From: Octopus sinensis
Taxonomy: Eukaryota
NCBI RefSeq assembly: GCF_006345805.1
Contig: NC_043000.1
Coordinates: 8,494,001-8,558,000 of the forward strand
Direction of reading: 5' to 3'
Length of the DNA: 64,000 nucleotides
How positions within the stretch are numbered: position 1 is the stretch's first letter; every line of letters begins with the position of its first letter. A model generated the notes under the pieces. The model was not told the origin of the DNA. It searched no databases and worked only from the letters and a program-made list of their open reading frames with translations. A program made the position numbers and the translations under genes. Shown one piece after another: positions 13,304 to 27,567 of this stretch.

Positions 13304-13344
13304 CCTATAATATATATATTATATATATATATAATATATATATA

Positions 13345-13401
<57 letters not shown>

Positions 13402-13405
<4 letters not shown>

Positions 13406-13585
13406 ATCCAAACAAGAAAACACAACAACGCGAGGACGTGGAACAAATAAAGTATTATTGGACGCTCAGGGAAGAAGGAGGGTTTAACGTTTTGAGCGGA
13501 GCTCTTCGTCGGAAACATAGGAGAAGGAAAGATCCCGAGAAGCGAAGACAGAGGAAAAAATCGTCAGCGGTACTCACGAGGTCAC

Positions 13586-13586
<1 letters not shown>
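13402..13586 (-). mobile_element. PLE-terminus-like short element with decayed HHR (13482-13516)
   Basis: Minus strand GUUU CCGACGA A GAGC UCC GCUC AAAAC GUU AAAC; flanked by (TA)n on both sides. Confidence 0.5.
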
Positions 13587-13623
<37 letters not shown>

Positions 13624-14483
13624 TGTCGTGGAGAATTTTTATTGATTAAATTTACTATATTGATTAAATTATACTATAGTTAAAAATTTATTCATGTGTG
13701 TAGAAATTTGCAAACAGGTCTGTATATTTAGGTGTATCAGCTACAGATCATGGGATTGTTTTTTGGTAGTTCACAAAATGGAAATATATATGTGTGTGTA
13801 ATGCAAGTGTATATTTACAGAACAAATTTACAAGGAGTACAAAAGAACATTACCGTAAATCCGGACACCGTCTTGAGGGTGAAGAGAATGGCATGTATAA
13901 GCTCATAATGCATATATTTATTCATCTAATATATCTATGTTTCTATGTTTGTGTGTGTATGTGTAAAATTTTCTTTCGCTGAAGTGTTTTACGTTCGTTA
14001 TTTATATGCTAATGTGGGTTGGGCACATCTCACAGCTTCTCGCCACCTGTGGTCTTTCGGCATTTTGCACACAGACACTCGCCTACCACCACAAAGAAAA
14101 CCACCAAGGGGACTTCGGAACTTCCGTATAGTTACTAGACCTGCAAAATGTAGCAACATAATCTTTCTCAATTGCCTTAAATATAAATAAGTCACTTTGG
14201 ATTATGCACTGTGTAAACTTTTGTTGCAAAAACAAAAGAGTGGGTGTTTATCGGGTGAGTGTTATTTGATCATTGGCGTGTTCAGGGGCCCACCCGAGAC
14301 TATTGAACGACAACTGCTACAGTTGGCAATTGTGTTTGTTCTGTTTTTCTTTCTTTGCTCTTTAACCACGGACTGGGGTCAATTTTGTTGTGCCAGCAGC
14401 AACAGAGTTTGCGTGCGTATGTGTGCGCGCAATCGTTTGTTTGTTTGTGCGCGCGCACGCGCGCGTGTGTGCATGTATGTATG

Positions 14484-15304
14484 GGTGGTAGTATGGTATG
14501 CGGACTATCACGTTGTCAAACAGTATAGCCAGGGTTATCTACTTTAAACGTTCAGTTAGTAAGGGAAACCAATTTTTCTATTATATGAACATTAACAACA
14601 AATTAAACTGCAATCTGAGACCCTGAGTGAGATTTTAGAACTAATATTTTTCTTTGTCATGGATATACCCATGACCACAGCAGTGATTCTAACAGGAAAA
14701 TCTAAAAATACAATAACTGACTGGTACAATATGTGACGCGAAGAGTGTGGGGCCATAATTTATCGTGTACGAGGAGGGAAGATGGATGGAACAAACGATA
14801 ACCCTATTCAGATCGATGAAGCAAGATTTGCTGGTCAACGAAAATACAATCGAGGAAGAATGTTGAATGGCGACAACACTCCTCTCTTCGAAGACAGTGA
14901 TGCAGAACAACAAAACAACAGGAGCTATGGACGGGGAATTCTTTGGGTCGTGGGTTTTTGGTCTCAAACAAGGGTCAGATTGTCGATACTTTTGTGCGGA
15001 ACGGCGTGGCGGGACAGCCTATTCAGATGAGCGGCCCGCTTATAATAATTTAAATACTATAGGTTATCACCATTTGACAGTGAACCATCAACGATATTAC
15101 GTGGATATAGTGACCGGAGTACACACTCAGGCCATTGGGTGATCATAGTTAGATGCTAAAATTATGATTCTGAAATAACAAACAAACTGATCTCTGACAT
15201 ATCTGAAGGTTGGTTTTTAATCTCTGAAATCTCTGGAAATATCTGAAAGACAGGGTAGATAACTCTGTTTGACACCGTGATAGACCGCATACTATACTAG
15301 CACC
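14484..15304 (+). mobile_element. Internally deleted Merlin/IS1595(ISXO2)-like DNA transposon
   Basis: TIRs GGTGGTAGTATGGTATGCGG... and ...CCGCATACTATACTAGCACC; exact 8-bp TSD TATGTATG (14476-14483, 15305-15312). Frameshifted transposase: IQIDEARFAGQRKYNRGR, WVFGL, HLTVNH, HTQAI. Confidence 0.85.
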
Positions 15305-15460
15305 TATGTATGTATGTATATATGTACGTATGTATGTATGTATGTATGTATGTATGTATGTATGTATGTATGTATGTATGTATGTATGTATGTATGTATG
15401 TATGTATGTATGTATGTATGTATGTATGTATGTATGTATGTATGTATGTATGTATGTGTG
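15305..15460. repeat. (TATG)n microsatellite
   Basis: Near-perfect tetranucleotide array starting at the right TSD of the Merlin element. Confidence 0.95.
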
Positions 15461-15765
15461 TATGTATCAACACACATATCGAGAGAGGGGATACAGTAGA
15501 GCAAGTACAGTAGTGCCCTCGTAGACCTAGGGGTTGGGGAGCGGGTAATACATTGATATTAATTAGATTACATTAAATCATTCTCGATCTCTGCCACCTC
15601 ATTCCATGTTGTAACATCTCCGATAGTAATTTTAACATAGACACAAAACCGAAAGTATCCGTGTATGGAGTGAGGTGGGAAAATAGTCGATTATATAGAA
15701 CTCCAGTACTTGACGCGTACTTTATTTCATCGACCTCGGAAGAGATGTAAGTCAAAATACAGAAC

Positions 15766-16253
15766 TGTAGAACAACCGTGCGGAAGGAGAGGCGACGATG
15801 AATGGCTCTTTTAATACACTACACGGTCGATTACAATATATACGAAAAGGTATAAATGATTATGAGTGCCAGAAGGAAAGGAGACGACGTTAAGACGGAA
15901 GCGACAGAGATGGAGGTCCTGGATGCTGTTGGAGGAAGTGGTGATGTTTATCCATGTGGCTGTGTGTGTTGTCGCTGGAACTGGCTGTGTGCTCTGTGGT
16001 CAGTGGTTAGGCCTTAGAAGGTCTAGAATCAAAGACGAAATACGGTGTTGAAACTTGCTTTTTATAGGGACCAGTCGGTGCAAACGGAGATTTAGAAGAC
16101 ACTGTCTTACGTGGCCTTATCAGAAGGCTGCGATTGGTTTGGTTGCACATTGGCGCGTAATAGAGCAAGAGACAAACCACACCATTACCAACTAATCAGA
16201 GTAGTGGACACAACAAGGTCCAAGCGGCCGAAGGCTAGCTGTTATCTACTACG
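15766..16253 (-). mobile_element. Possible solo LTR
   Basis: Minus strand ends in ...TCTACA and has TATAAAAAG then ATTAAA in LTR order. The start is CG rather than TG and no TSD was found. Confidence 0.3.
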
Positions 16254-16284
16254 TCCGTACTTATGCATATATAACAGAGAGAGA

Positions 16285-16347
<63 letters not shown>

Positions 16348-16412
16348 TGTGTGTGTCCACTACAGAACTTAACACACCAGAACAAATTTCGCAAATAATT
16401 TTCTCCGACACT

Positions 16413-16640
16413 TTTAACCTCCTTTGTTATCACATTTCTGTTGAAATACGGGACCTTTGTTTCAATTTATCTTTAAACTAATGAAGACGTTATTAAAATA
16501 ACTGTCATTATTAAGTCAGCGCGTGGCATAAATTATCATTAAATCTTGATGAAAAGTCTTAATTTGGATCATTTAAAAGAGAAAGTTTGAGTCACAGAAC
16601 TCGGGGTAATCTGAAGTGGTTTCATATCAAAAGGGTTCGA
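16413..16640. mobile_element. Possible piggyBac-type MITE relic
   Basis: TTAACCTCCTTTG at left and CAAAAGGGTT at right form imperfect inverted ends. Confidence 0.35.
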
Positions 16641-16849
16641 TTCTGTCAGTTAACCACCGTGTGTGCTAAAATCTAATAATTTATTGTTTAATATAACTTT
16701 GTGCAAATGTTGCAAATAACCTACAGTACATACGGTTAATGTGATTTCACCGATGAGGCACTTAGAACAAGTATAACATGTTCTAAGTAACATCCATTTA
16801 AGAACGGTTATCTAGTACGGAGTTTTTTCTTTGCGGAGGTGGTCAGAAT

Positions 16850-18300
16850 GTGATACTGGGATTGATGTGATGTCTCACAAATGAATCACAAATAAGGTGG
16901 GTAATACTGAAATATACTTTCGAGAATAATAGCTGTTATATATTTTTTCTTGGGCAGAGAACCTGTTTTCCGTGTCTCATGCAAGCAAATTGACGACCTT
17001 TAGAAGGGGGACTTGTTGGGATCACATAAAATCTGACCCATTATGATCCAGCTGGACATGTTTCAAATATTAAAGATTCCCAAGAAAAAGTTGAACGGCT
17101 TTGGTTACTGACTTTTAGGGTAATCTCAGAATTTATTGATAAACGCTGGTTATATTCAAAATCACCTTTTGAATGAAACAAAGAACTGCAAAGTATTCGG
17201 TTCATTATAGATGTAATTCAAAATTCTTATTTCTTTACTGCCCACAAGGGGTTACACACAGAGGGGACAAACAAGGACACACAAACGGATTAAGTCGATT
17301 ATATCGACTCCAGTGCGTAACTGGTACTTATTTAATCTACCCCGAAAGGATGAAAGGCAAAGTTGACCTCGGCGGAATTTGAACTCAGAACGTAGCGGCA
17401 GACGAAATACTGCTAAGCATTTCGCCTGGCGTGCTAACGATTCTGTCAGCTCGCCGCCTTATGTAATTCAAAATTCTATCCATGCGGAGTAGACAATTCC
17501 GTTATTTGGTCATGAGTGTTACAGAATTTGCAACTCAAGGATGATTTTTAACCTTTGTTGATTGTTTTAAGAGGACATGACCCGAATTAGCAAACATGGT
17601 CTTAGAGACATTCAAAGATTGTCAGGAATAGTGTGAGGATTTCGCTGCCAACATGACTAACGATCCAACGGCACATTCTTGCAGTCAGTCAGTTGCGTGT
17701 TTATGTTCCATGTTCTTGTTGTTCGCTAAACTTATGTAGAATAAATTCTGAAGTATGTTACACTGCAAGCAGTTTGCAGTTTGTTTAACACTGGACTGTT
17801 TTTGACAAACAACATGTCTCTTAAGACAAACTGAATAGCGTGGATGAAGTCACTCTTGCTGGAATATGATTTGTATTAAAGAATATTCTGCCTCTCAATC
17901 TCACGCCTAAAACTGTCAGTGAAGTCATCGATATAATTAGATACGTGTCATAGTTCATTCGTATCTTTATGTTATTAATATCATACAAGTCGATGACATC
18001 TTAGTTATAGAGTCGCTCTTGAACGATGCTGAAGATCTGCGTGGGAGATGGACAAAATTGAAAATAGACACTTAGAATATAGGGATTGAGCCTGGTCTCC
18101 CATGAAAACAGAAAGTTAGCAAAATAAAATTTACTATCATTGAAGACGATGGTAAGTCGGAAGAGAACATCCACAACGAAAATATGATAGTCTGTTATGA
18201 AGTATAAAACTCATTGTGTATCGATGCATCATATAAATGAATGAGTGAAGAGCAATATTAATTGCTTATAAAGATGGCCATTTATTAAGTTGATTATAAG
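16850..18300 (+). pseudogene. Highly decayed hAT (ZMYM1-like) transposase, interrupted by a SINE
   Basis: Manually translated motifs RIIAVIYF (16923), DFAANM (17638) and VYVPCSCCSLNL (17699) resemble hAT RIIxVIxFL, DGAxNM and YVHCxAHSLNL. Confidence 0.5.
17228..17460 (-). mobile_element. tRNA-derived SINE with 17-bp TSD
   Basis: TSD ATGTAATTCAAAATTCT at 17211-17227 and 17461-17477. Confidence 0.9.
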
Positions 18301-20431
18301 TCGTTGCATTACAGAAAATAACTTTTTATAATTTTTTGCGTACACAAGTTATTTGTGGATCTTCAGTCCGTCCTGTAAGATAGTAGTTAGTTTCATCTCT
18401 GTGACTACAAGAAACAGGAGAAAAGAAAGAGAGTCAAGCAGATAAAAATGGTAAGGCTTGTATTGTTCCTCGCATGATGATGCTTCCTCTCCATCGGTAC
18501 TGGAATAATGATAGATGTGCGCCTAATAATCAAAGAAGTGGACTGACATTTGGTTGTGTACCTATATTCTTCGTAACTAAATTAGGTCAAATAATAAACA
18601 AAGGATTTTTCCTCTTTAATTAAGTTTGAATTATGTTTGATTGGAAAAGGTCTAAGAGGTCAGCTTATTTTCATTTATCTCTTAGGGCAAAAAATCGAGA
18701 ACAATTAAACGAGGACCTGTTTCGAATCCTGGATTAGGGGTTTGGTAACAGTTTGCTACATATCTAAGAAAATCAGGCGGTGAGCTGGCAGAATCGTTAG
18801 CACGATTAAGTCGACTTAATCCCTTTGTCTGTCCTTGTTTGTCCCCTCTATGTTTAGCCCCTTGTGGGTAATAAAGAAATAAGAATATCTTCGTGAAGGC
18901 TCTGATGAGTCTGAGCTTGAATTCAGTGCAAAAATTCGCTAAAGCCTGGCATGTTAAAGTTGTATAACGCTGCCTACACCATTAATTGACTGTTCTGCGT
19001 TGTCAAGAAAAGAATTATCCCCTTGGTGTACGCAAGATTATGGAACAGATACCCAAACGATCCATTCGAATTCATGTAATAAGAAATGAGGCACCTTAAG
19101 ACAGCTTATGTATCAAACTTTGGTAAAAATATGACGACGAGTCAACGTTTAAATACAATAAAAAAGTACAAGTTAAATGACTTTTTTTTTCTAAATATAT
19201 GATGGTGCCAAAATTGTCCCTTATCGTAGTATCTGCTGATAATTTTTCAGCAAACTAGAGCACATTATTAGCTTTTAGAGGCGTTTGATCTAGCCGTTTG
19301 GTAACGAAAGGCTTATAGTATTCTGGTAGTACCTTCTCAAGGATTGGTTCAAGTTTGGAATTGGTTCGATATTTATTGACAGATTTAGGCTGCAGCTAAC
19401 TGAAAGGTAGTTACATTCACCGGGAAATACAGTTTAGCATCACAGACGACAGCACATGTGCTGTTTGCTTCCTGTCACCTCTGTGTCTGCTTACTTATAC
19501 AGATTTAAAATCTGCCTAATAATGAAGCGGGTAAGTAACGGGATTGCTACAATGAGTCTGTCGTATACACCATAGAACACAAAATAATTCTTGACAGTGT
19601 AATTAAATTTCAATAAATTATTCAATTAATTGAATAGTTGTTTATGATTTTTCTTTTCTCAAAATGACATTGGTGATTGTTGAAGGCCTTTGTCCATGGA
19701 AAGTGTCACAAAGCAAATCCGCTCTTGAAATAATAACTCAATGGTATTAAGACTTGAAATGTTGCTTAAAGTTTAGAGCTTCTGATTGCTTAGCTCTTGA
19801 ATCTCCACTAAGAGCCCTACTCCAAACCAGCTCCGGTCTCTACCACAGCTTTCGGCGACGCTGTATATAAATATTTATTCGAGACTGACGATTCATTCTG
19901 TTGCTACTGAGAATTGTTCACTCTTCCTCATGCTTCAAGCCATAAATTCTCGCACACAATAAGAAAACTCTGATTGGTGGCGTAATAAATTACCAACTCT
20001 TCACAATAAATATAATCTATTGCATGTATCAAGTACTTCAAAGTCTGGACTTTAAAGAGGGCGAGGGGCACTTGTAATATCTATCATTTAAAGTATATAT
20101 ATATTGTGATGTTATGAGCCAGCCTGTGTTGTAGGGAAGGGTCTGGAGTGAGGGAGTAGGCATGTCCTGTCGGAAATGGGGCCGGTGGTTTCCACCGGAA
20201 GTGCCGCGATGGGCATGCAGCATCAATGAAGCGCGAGGAGTCAGTTGGCTGCGGACAGTGCATCGGAGCAGACGTGTAAGAATGTACAGTGCACGTGGAC
20301 GTGGAGTGAACCTTGCAGATCGAGACAGCACGTGGACGTTGAAAGTGACCCTTTTGCCGGACCGGCAGCTAAGACCACCGTAATTCTCTCTTCGCTTCCG
20401 TTTTTTTTCTTCCTTCACACACACACACACA

Positions 20432-20485
<54 letters not shown>

Positions 20486-21419
20486 TGTTATGTTTCAATC
20501 TGCATGATCTCCGATAACCATCAAGATAACATCCGAGATGTGCAGATTCCTTGCACACACTGTATTCGAACTAAGAACATAAATGTCAAAACTAAATGCC
20601 AGTTAATATTGCTGGATGTAATCCACTTGGCTATGAATCTACATTTTTTAGCTTATTAAAAATTAATTTTTCAGTAGAAGAAGCCATATTAAGCTGATGT
20701 CAGTGCTGGGTTTTTTGATTAGGTTTTCAGCAAGCTCAACATATACTGCTTCTTTGGTTATACTAAGTTCCTCTACGATCCTCTATCAGTTACAGAAATT
20801 TCATTCCTTAGCAGTGTATGATTACCTTCCTCGCACCATATATGTTTAACCACTCATGACTTAGATATTTCTCTTCCCATTAAATATTTCTTATGTTCTC
20901 TGGTTACTGACCTTTACGGCCCTCCCCATCTCTCCTTCAGAAGACCTTCTACAAATATGAGATGCTATTATAAATGTAATTCTTCTGTTCTAGCCGCTCT
21001 TGTTTGATTTTGACGAAGAATCTGTGAATTGTTGTGTTGTATTTAAGCACAGTTCAGATATCATATGTCTATTATCTTTGTACTTGTTTCGGTCAGTAGG
21101 ACTGCGGCCAGACTAGGGCACCACTTCGAAGGGCTTAATGAAACAAATCGACTCCATTACTTATTTTCAATATCCGGTAGTTATTCTGTCGCTTAATTTT
21201 GGCGAAATGCCAAGTTATGGGGACGTAAATAAACGATCATCAGTTGTCAAGCGGTGGTGGTAGGACAATCAAGCACACGAAACACGAAACACTGACTTCT
21301 TGTATTATTTGCACTACCTTACTGCCTTTATGTCGTCAGCAGAGCTAGTAAGTGTGAATGTCTGTGTAACTGAGGACATGTTCAAGAGAGCTACCAAAAA
21401 CAACAGCGGCTCCTTTCGA

Positions 21420-22200
21420 TATCTGTCTTCTACAGAAAGACCTAGACGCTATGTATAAATGAGCTGAAGGAAAGAGCATGCAATTTAATACAGGACAATT
21501 CCAAACTCCCTGCAATCAGCCAGCTTGCGCTAACATGCGGCAATAATTTAATTTTGAACCAAAAAGCGGGGTAATCCCAGGGTCAAACACAGTCTGTGAT
21601 CTGGAGACTGATATGAGCAACGACACCTCGTTTCATGTATATACCACCAAGATGGTGGCAAAGTGACAGTGAATGGCTAGATTGATTCCGAGAACTTTCA
21701 GAGCAAGGGACCAGGAAATTATGCTGGCCCTATGGGGGACATTTGTCCTTAGCCGCCTAGACTACTGCTTTGAACTGTGGTCACCCCACAGCAGTTCTGC
21801 ATCAGAAAGATTAAATCAATAGGACAGCTGAGCTACTGAGAGGGATAGAAAGATTTACGACTCAACTCCCTGGAGAGAAGACGATATATATATGGAAGAT
21901 ACTGGAATGGTTGGTAGCAGACTTTAGCAAAGATAGTTATACCAGACCTCGAACTGGACGTTACTGCACTGTTGCAGAGGTTCCACCATTCAGTCTAGAA
22001 TGAGTACCAGGTGCTGCAGTAACGTAGGATTCAAAGGCCCACAGCAATTTAATATCTTGTCAAAACATCTGAGAGATCTACATGGAGGGGAGAGAGATGT
22101 TTTCAAGAAACAATTGATCTCCTACTGTCCAATGTCCGGATGGACCTACATTACACGCAAGAAACTTAAAAGAGTGCCACAATATCCAACTTTCACCTTC
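21420..22200 (+). pseudogene. Decayed CR1/L2-type RT C-terminal fragment
   Basis: VCDLETDMSNDTSF...RTFRARDQEIMLALWGTFVLSRLDYCFELWSP with stops; homologous to the CR1 at 55 kb. Confidence 0.7.
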
Positions 22201-22772
22201 ACCAAAAGCCCATCGCAAAAGAACGGCCATAAAAAAGCTGATAATACTTCAGGTGCCCCAGGATGGCTCCACCCTTTGGGCTGAAACGCATAAAAGAACA
22301 AAAGAATAAAGAACGCGCGCGCGCACACACACACACACAAAATCTTGACTATTTGTATGGAACTACGTTTGCCAAACCTATATTCTCTAATAAACACGGT
22401 AGAGCGTGATTAAAAAGAAATGGAGTTTCCCCATCTTTGCAGATGTATCTAGCACCCTCGCAAAATTCCTGTGAAGTAAAGTTGGGTGTTGTTATGTAGT
22501 CCAAACCAATGTTAGCCGAAAAACTATTCTGAGAATCGTGAGAAACCTTGTCTTCTGTGTATTAGGTACTCAATTGTTACAAAAAAAAACAAAATAAAAA
22601 AAAAAAATCAAATTTTTAAGCTTTTTACTTAAGGGCGTGATTCATGAAAGCTCTGACTGCTATTTTTAGCTGCTGAGCGATACATGATATGCATGAATAT
22701 ATACATACATGCCTAAACACACTCACACACACACACATTATACATACATACATTCATACATAAGAACATATA

Positions 22773-22819
<47 letters not shown>

Positions 22820-22910
22820 ATATAGTTCTTTTATTATTTTACCCGTTTTAGTCATTTGACTGCGGCCATGCTGAAGCACCGTATGTATGTATGATGAGTC
22901 TAAGTATGTA

Positions 22911-22943
<33 letters not shown>

Positions 22944-23989
22944 TTGCTGTAGTACAAATGCTATTCTGTTACTCATTTGTGAGAGTTGTTATATGTACAT
23001 GTACACACATACATACACATGCATACACAGATACATACACACGCACATGTATATGTATGTATGTATGTATGTATTTATGTATGAACATGTATATGTGTGT
23101 ATGAATGTCTTTATCTGTAGTACATTTTAATTATTAAAACTATTCAAAACAGCACTTCCTTGAACACCATGCTAAAATATTCTTAATTGACGAGGCAGAC
23201 ATGTATGAAGGAAAAATTAAAAGTATATTAAAATGAACATTATACATTAATGTTTTCTTTCATTGAGCATGGGTTAAATTTGTATACATGCATTCATACT
23301 TATATGTGTGTGCATATATATGTGTGTATGTATGTATATACATATATATGAATGCATATACGTGTATGTAGAGATGGTACGTATGTATATACATTCATAT
23401 TTGATGGCTGCAACCTCATTGCAAGTAATACCATCGCTTGATTGTTCTCACAGACATGAGCAGCGCGGATGTGGCTTTTTAATCCTGCTAGGGATTCACC
23501 CTTTTTTTGTACAGAGTTTCACCTATGGTGTGTCGGGGTCATAAAAGACATGGAGAATATAAAATTGTGAGACAGTCTGTCTGCTGAATAAAGTCGTTTG
23601 AGGAAACGTGTGTGGAAATGATGCAATCAGTACAGAAAGTCGAGGTTAAGAAACGAGGGACGCCGCATGTTGTATTTATTTTAGTGTTCGTTCTGGTGAA
23701 CCTTAACATGACGTTTCAGTTTGCTCCCGACACACATTCTTTTCCACGTTCCCCGTAAGTAGAGATACCATATAATACATACTTAACAACTTCCCTGTGT
23801 GTCTGGCTTCCCCGATGACAACTAAGATATGTCTTACTTATTCTCTTGAACATCAAGTATCACGGATGTGGCTTTTCTGTCCTGCTAGCGGCTTACAGTT
23901 TTTGCACAGATGTGAGAACGATGTGCCACACATAGTCAGACTAATTTGCATCAAGACTTACAAATATCTCTATTGAGCTGTTCTAGCTC

Positions 23990-24200
23990 GTTACGATTTC
24001 GTTCAAATGTTCTTCTCCCGTTTTGCGCTGCTCTCTTCCATGATGAACGATCAAGCATGAGTTATTCCTGATTCCTTTTTCAAAATTTTACCTTCAACTG
24101 TATTCTTAACGCATTCCTTATATCTTTTTACGGTTCATTTGCTGGGTTTTAAAACGGTTAATTCACCACACAGAAATTGATTAGGGAACTGATCGCCTTC
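23990..24200 (-). pseudogene. Decayed RTE 3' coding fragment
   Basis: KRYKECVKNT...LDRSSWKRAAQNG..TFERNR. Confidence 0.5.
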
Positions 24201-24459
24201 CACACTCAGTAATTGGTGCCGAAGTGCTAGAAACTCTATACTGTCAGACTGACTGTGTTCGCGGACATCAATATCGTTTAGATTTGCCATTGAATACTCA
24301 GTACACAGCGGAAACACTTTGGTGAAATTGTTCTAACCTTTTCATATATCTCCGTTAAGTAACATAAGTCTCAGCGAAGACAAAACATAATTGTTTTGTA
24401 GCTCTTCAGCTTTGACTTAACTGAAATCATAAACGTCCGTCCATCCATCCATCCAATTA

Positions 24460-24562
<103 letters not shown>

Positions 24563-25879
24563 GAATAAAACATCAACTATTTTGGTTGAGTGACTTTGGG
24601 CCCACTGAAGCCATTTTTAAATAACGTCTATAATTTATCCACTGATTAGAAGCGAGTTAATATTTTTAAATTAAAATTTTCAATTCACACCTTTTCTCCA
24701 TTGAGCACCAGGCGATATATTTGGCGGGAGTTTAGTTTAACCAGCCCATATAGCCCTTCATAACATTATTATTTTTTTGAATTTTCGGAAAATGTTTGCG
24801 AAATTGTGTTCTATACAGAGGAATTCATACGATTATGTAAAAAAAAAAAGAAAAAACTGTGTGTGATTTAAGGGCGATTTAGCTGTCCTTTTTAGCACAT
24901 CACACGACCACTTGACACCTCATTTCTTTGTCACTCTAACATGTTTTGACGTTTTCCAATATTTTCCTCATAAACACCTTTAAAGGTGTTAATGAGTGCT
25001 TAAGAGTGTTCCATTGCTGGAATTTAAGCAAAAAGATTCAGACTGTCCGTATTTTAAACTCTGAATTTACAAATTCCAAAAACAGTGGAAATTTTAGGAT
25101 TTTTTGGGAGGGTTCGAAAATTAAGACAAAATTCTATAATTGTATGTATTCCAGTGTAAAAAAACACAAATTCGCAAAAATTTTCTGAAAAAAAAAAAAA
25201 AGTTACGAGGCGTTATATGGGATGCTTAAACCAGATTGCCGCAACATGTTTTTCCCCATCCCACATAAAAATTAAAAAATTCTCACCTGGATTTGACACT
25301 GTTTTAATGTTTCAATTTCCTAGCGTTTTAAATCTTTTACTTCCTTAATAATATTAATTGTAGAAAATCAGCGTTAATTCAATTCGTATTTATTCAAACT
25401 TTAACCCCTTTTCTCCATGACTTAAAATTTCATTGGAGTTCTTTCCTGTCTGCAGACCAACGAATATTCACCAGACGGTGCCACATTTGAGTTTAAGCTT
25501 TATTTTCATAAGCATCATAAATTCATTAACCTACGTTTCATCTACAATAGATCCTTCGGTTGTTCCTCATCTAATGGTCCAATAATTTCTCTGGATGATT
25601 CTAATTGTGATGATATTAATAAAAATAATCACTAAATTTTAGAACTATTTATTCACTAACTTACTTAATATGTCAATTTATCCACTTTCTACAATTCATT
25701 AATCTTATAGTTTTTATAAGTTTATATTTTATTTCTAATTTTTATATTTTATTTCTTATTTTTATTTCTAATTCTTATTCTTACCCTTATTCTTACTCCT
25801 ATTTTTACCCCTATTTTATCACTTTATATCTCTATATAGGTCTATTTTTAGCTTTTTTCCTTATTTACTTATCTATGTA

Positions 25880-26980
25880 TCCGCTTTATGATTATACGTG
25901 TGTCTGTGTATGTATGTATATATATACATGTGTATGCGTGTGTATGAGTAAATATCTGTGTCTAGATGTCTACCCCCCCCCCGTTATACTTCTTTAATAA
26001 TTTTTTTACATGCTTTTGTAGATTCCTTATATACATTTTTTATACATCTCTTAATATCTTATATCTATACCTATATGTGTGGGTGTCTGTGTATGCGTAT
26101 CTAAGTGTATGCGCACACGCACTTATGGACACACAGATGTGTGTGTGTGTGCGTGCGGATACGTGTGTATGGGTCCGTGTGTGTGTATGTATGCGTGTAT
26201 GCATGCACACGTGGGTGTGCATGTATGCACACATATATATATATGTGCGTGTGCGGGTATAGGCGTGTGTATATTTGTGTGTATGCATATGTGTATATAT
26301 GCATATGTGTATATGTGCATAGATATGTATGCATATGTGTGTGTGTATATGTATATGCGTATGTGTGTGTGTGTATATATATATGTACATGTATATTGTC
26401 CGTGTATATACATATACATATTCTGTTGTGTGTATATATATATGCGTATGTGCGCGTGTGTGTATGTGTATATGTATATGTATATTGTCCGTGTATATAT
26501 ATGCATATTCTGTTAAAATCTTTTGCCCGCCAGTTTCTTACGCTCATGTCTACCTAATGTACCCAATATGACTCCGTATCTTGCCCGCGTGCAAGAACGG
26601 ATTTTTTTGTTATACCTGTGTCTGTGCATATGCATACCTTTATGTATAGACATAGGGATCTACTGCCCCATGTACGTGGGGGTGGACGCGAGTGCAGGTG
26701 TATACATATTCCTGCCCACACGCATAGGGATTCACTTCGTCTTGTAAATGCGTGTAAGTGCGAGTGTGCCTATATGAACGCATGAGAGTGTATGTATGTA
26801 CGTACGCGTGCGCGTCGGATCGTGTACCCTACTACATGCGCCTTTTTCCATATATATCTGTATATGTTTACACGTGAGTGCGTATGTATGCTTGTATGCG
26901 TGTAGCTGCGTATACGTGCGCATATGTGCGCGTGTATATGGGTGTATGTATCCATGCGGGTGCGTATGTACACGATGACC
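25880..26980. repeat. Degenerate (TG/TA/CA) low-complexity tract
   Basis: Alternating purine-pyrimidine sequence without a fixed unit. Confidence 0.85.
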
Positions 26981-27567
26981 ATTTAATACGTTACGAAGAA
27001 CTAGATAAGCTGCTCAACAACTCTAATTTACAATACACTAGGTCCCCAGACACCCCGATTGATTTATGACACCCAAGACTTCTACAACCAGAATTTGTCA
27101 TTTTCCTGACCACCATGTTTGGTCCGTAACTACTATATATCCCTTATCCTTAAATTCTTTTACACTTTTTATTTTTATTTTTATAACTTTATACCTTTAT
27201 ATTCATTTATATTTTTTTATATTTTTTATATCTCTTTATATCTTTATACTCTACATTTTTACATTTTTCTATACTTACACTTTTTATATATATTTTATCC
27301 TTCGTCCTGAATTCTCGCCCCTCCATCTTTATCTCTATTTGCTCTTATTACCAGGTTCCTTCACGTCTGTCTGTATTTATATATTTATTTATTAATTTAT
27401 TTATATTACTTCAACATCCAAACTTCCTCATTCTACATTGAGAGAAGAACGAGATGGACGCTTCATTTTTATGCTGTTGCCGCATTACGTCGTACGCGAA
27501 TGAGAGGATTTGCATCCCCAACCAAGAATTTTTGATGTAATACATGTCCTTGAAGAAGTAGTTGTGC

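Noticed and set aside
18330-18370. CUGAAGA on the minus strand as an HHR (also 7113-7119, 21330, 31505, 63563)
   Set aside because: No downstream GAAA with matching helices I and III.
20140-20400. GC-rich island with short ORFs on both strands
   Set aside because: No recognisable motif, splice sites or termini; possibly a transposon remnant but unsupported.
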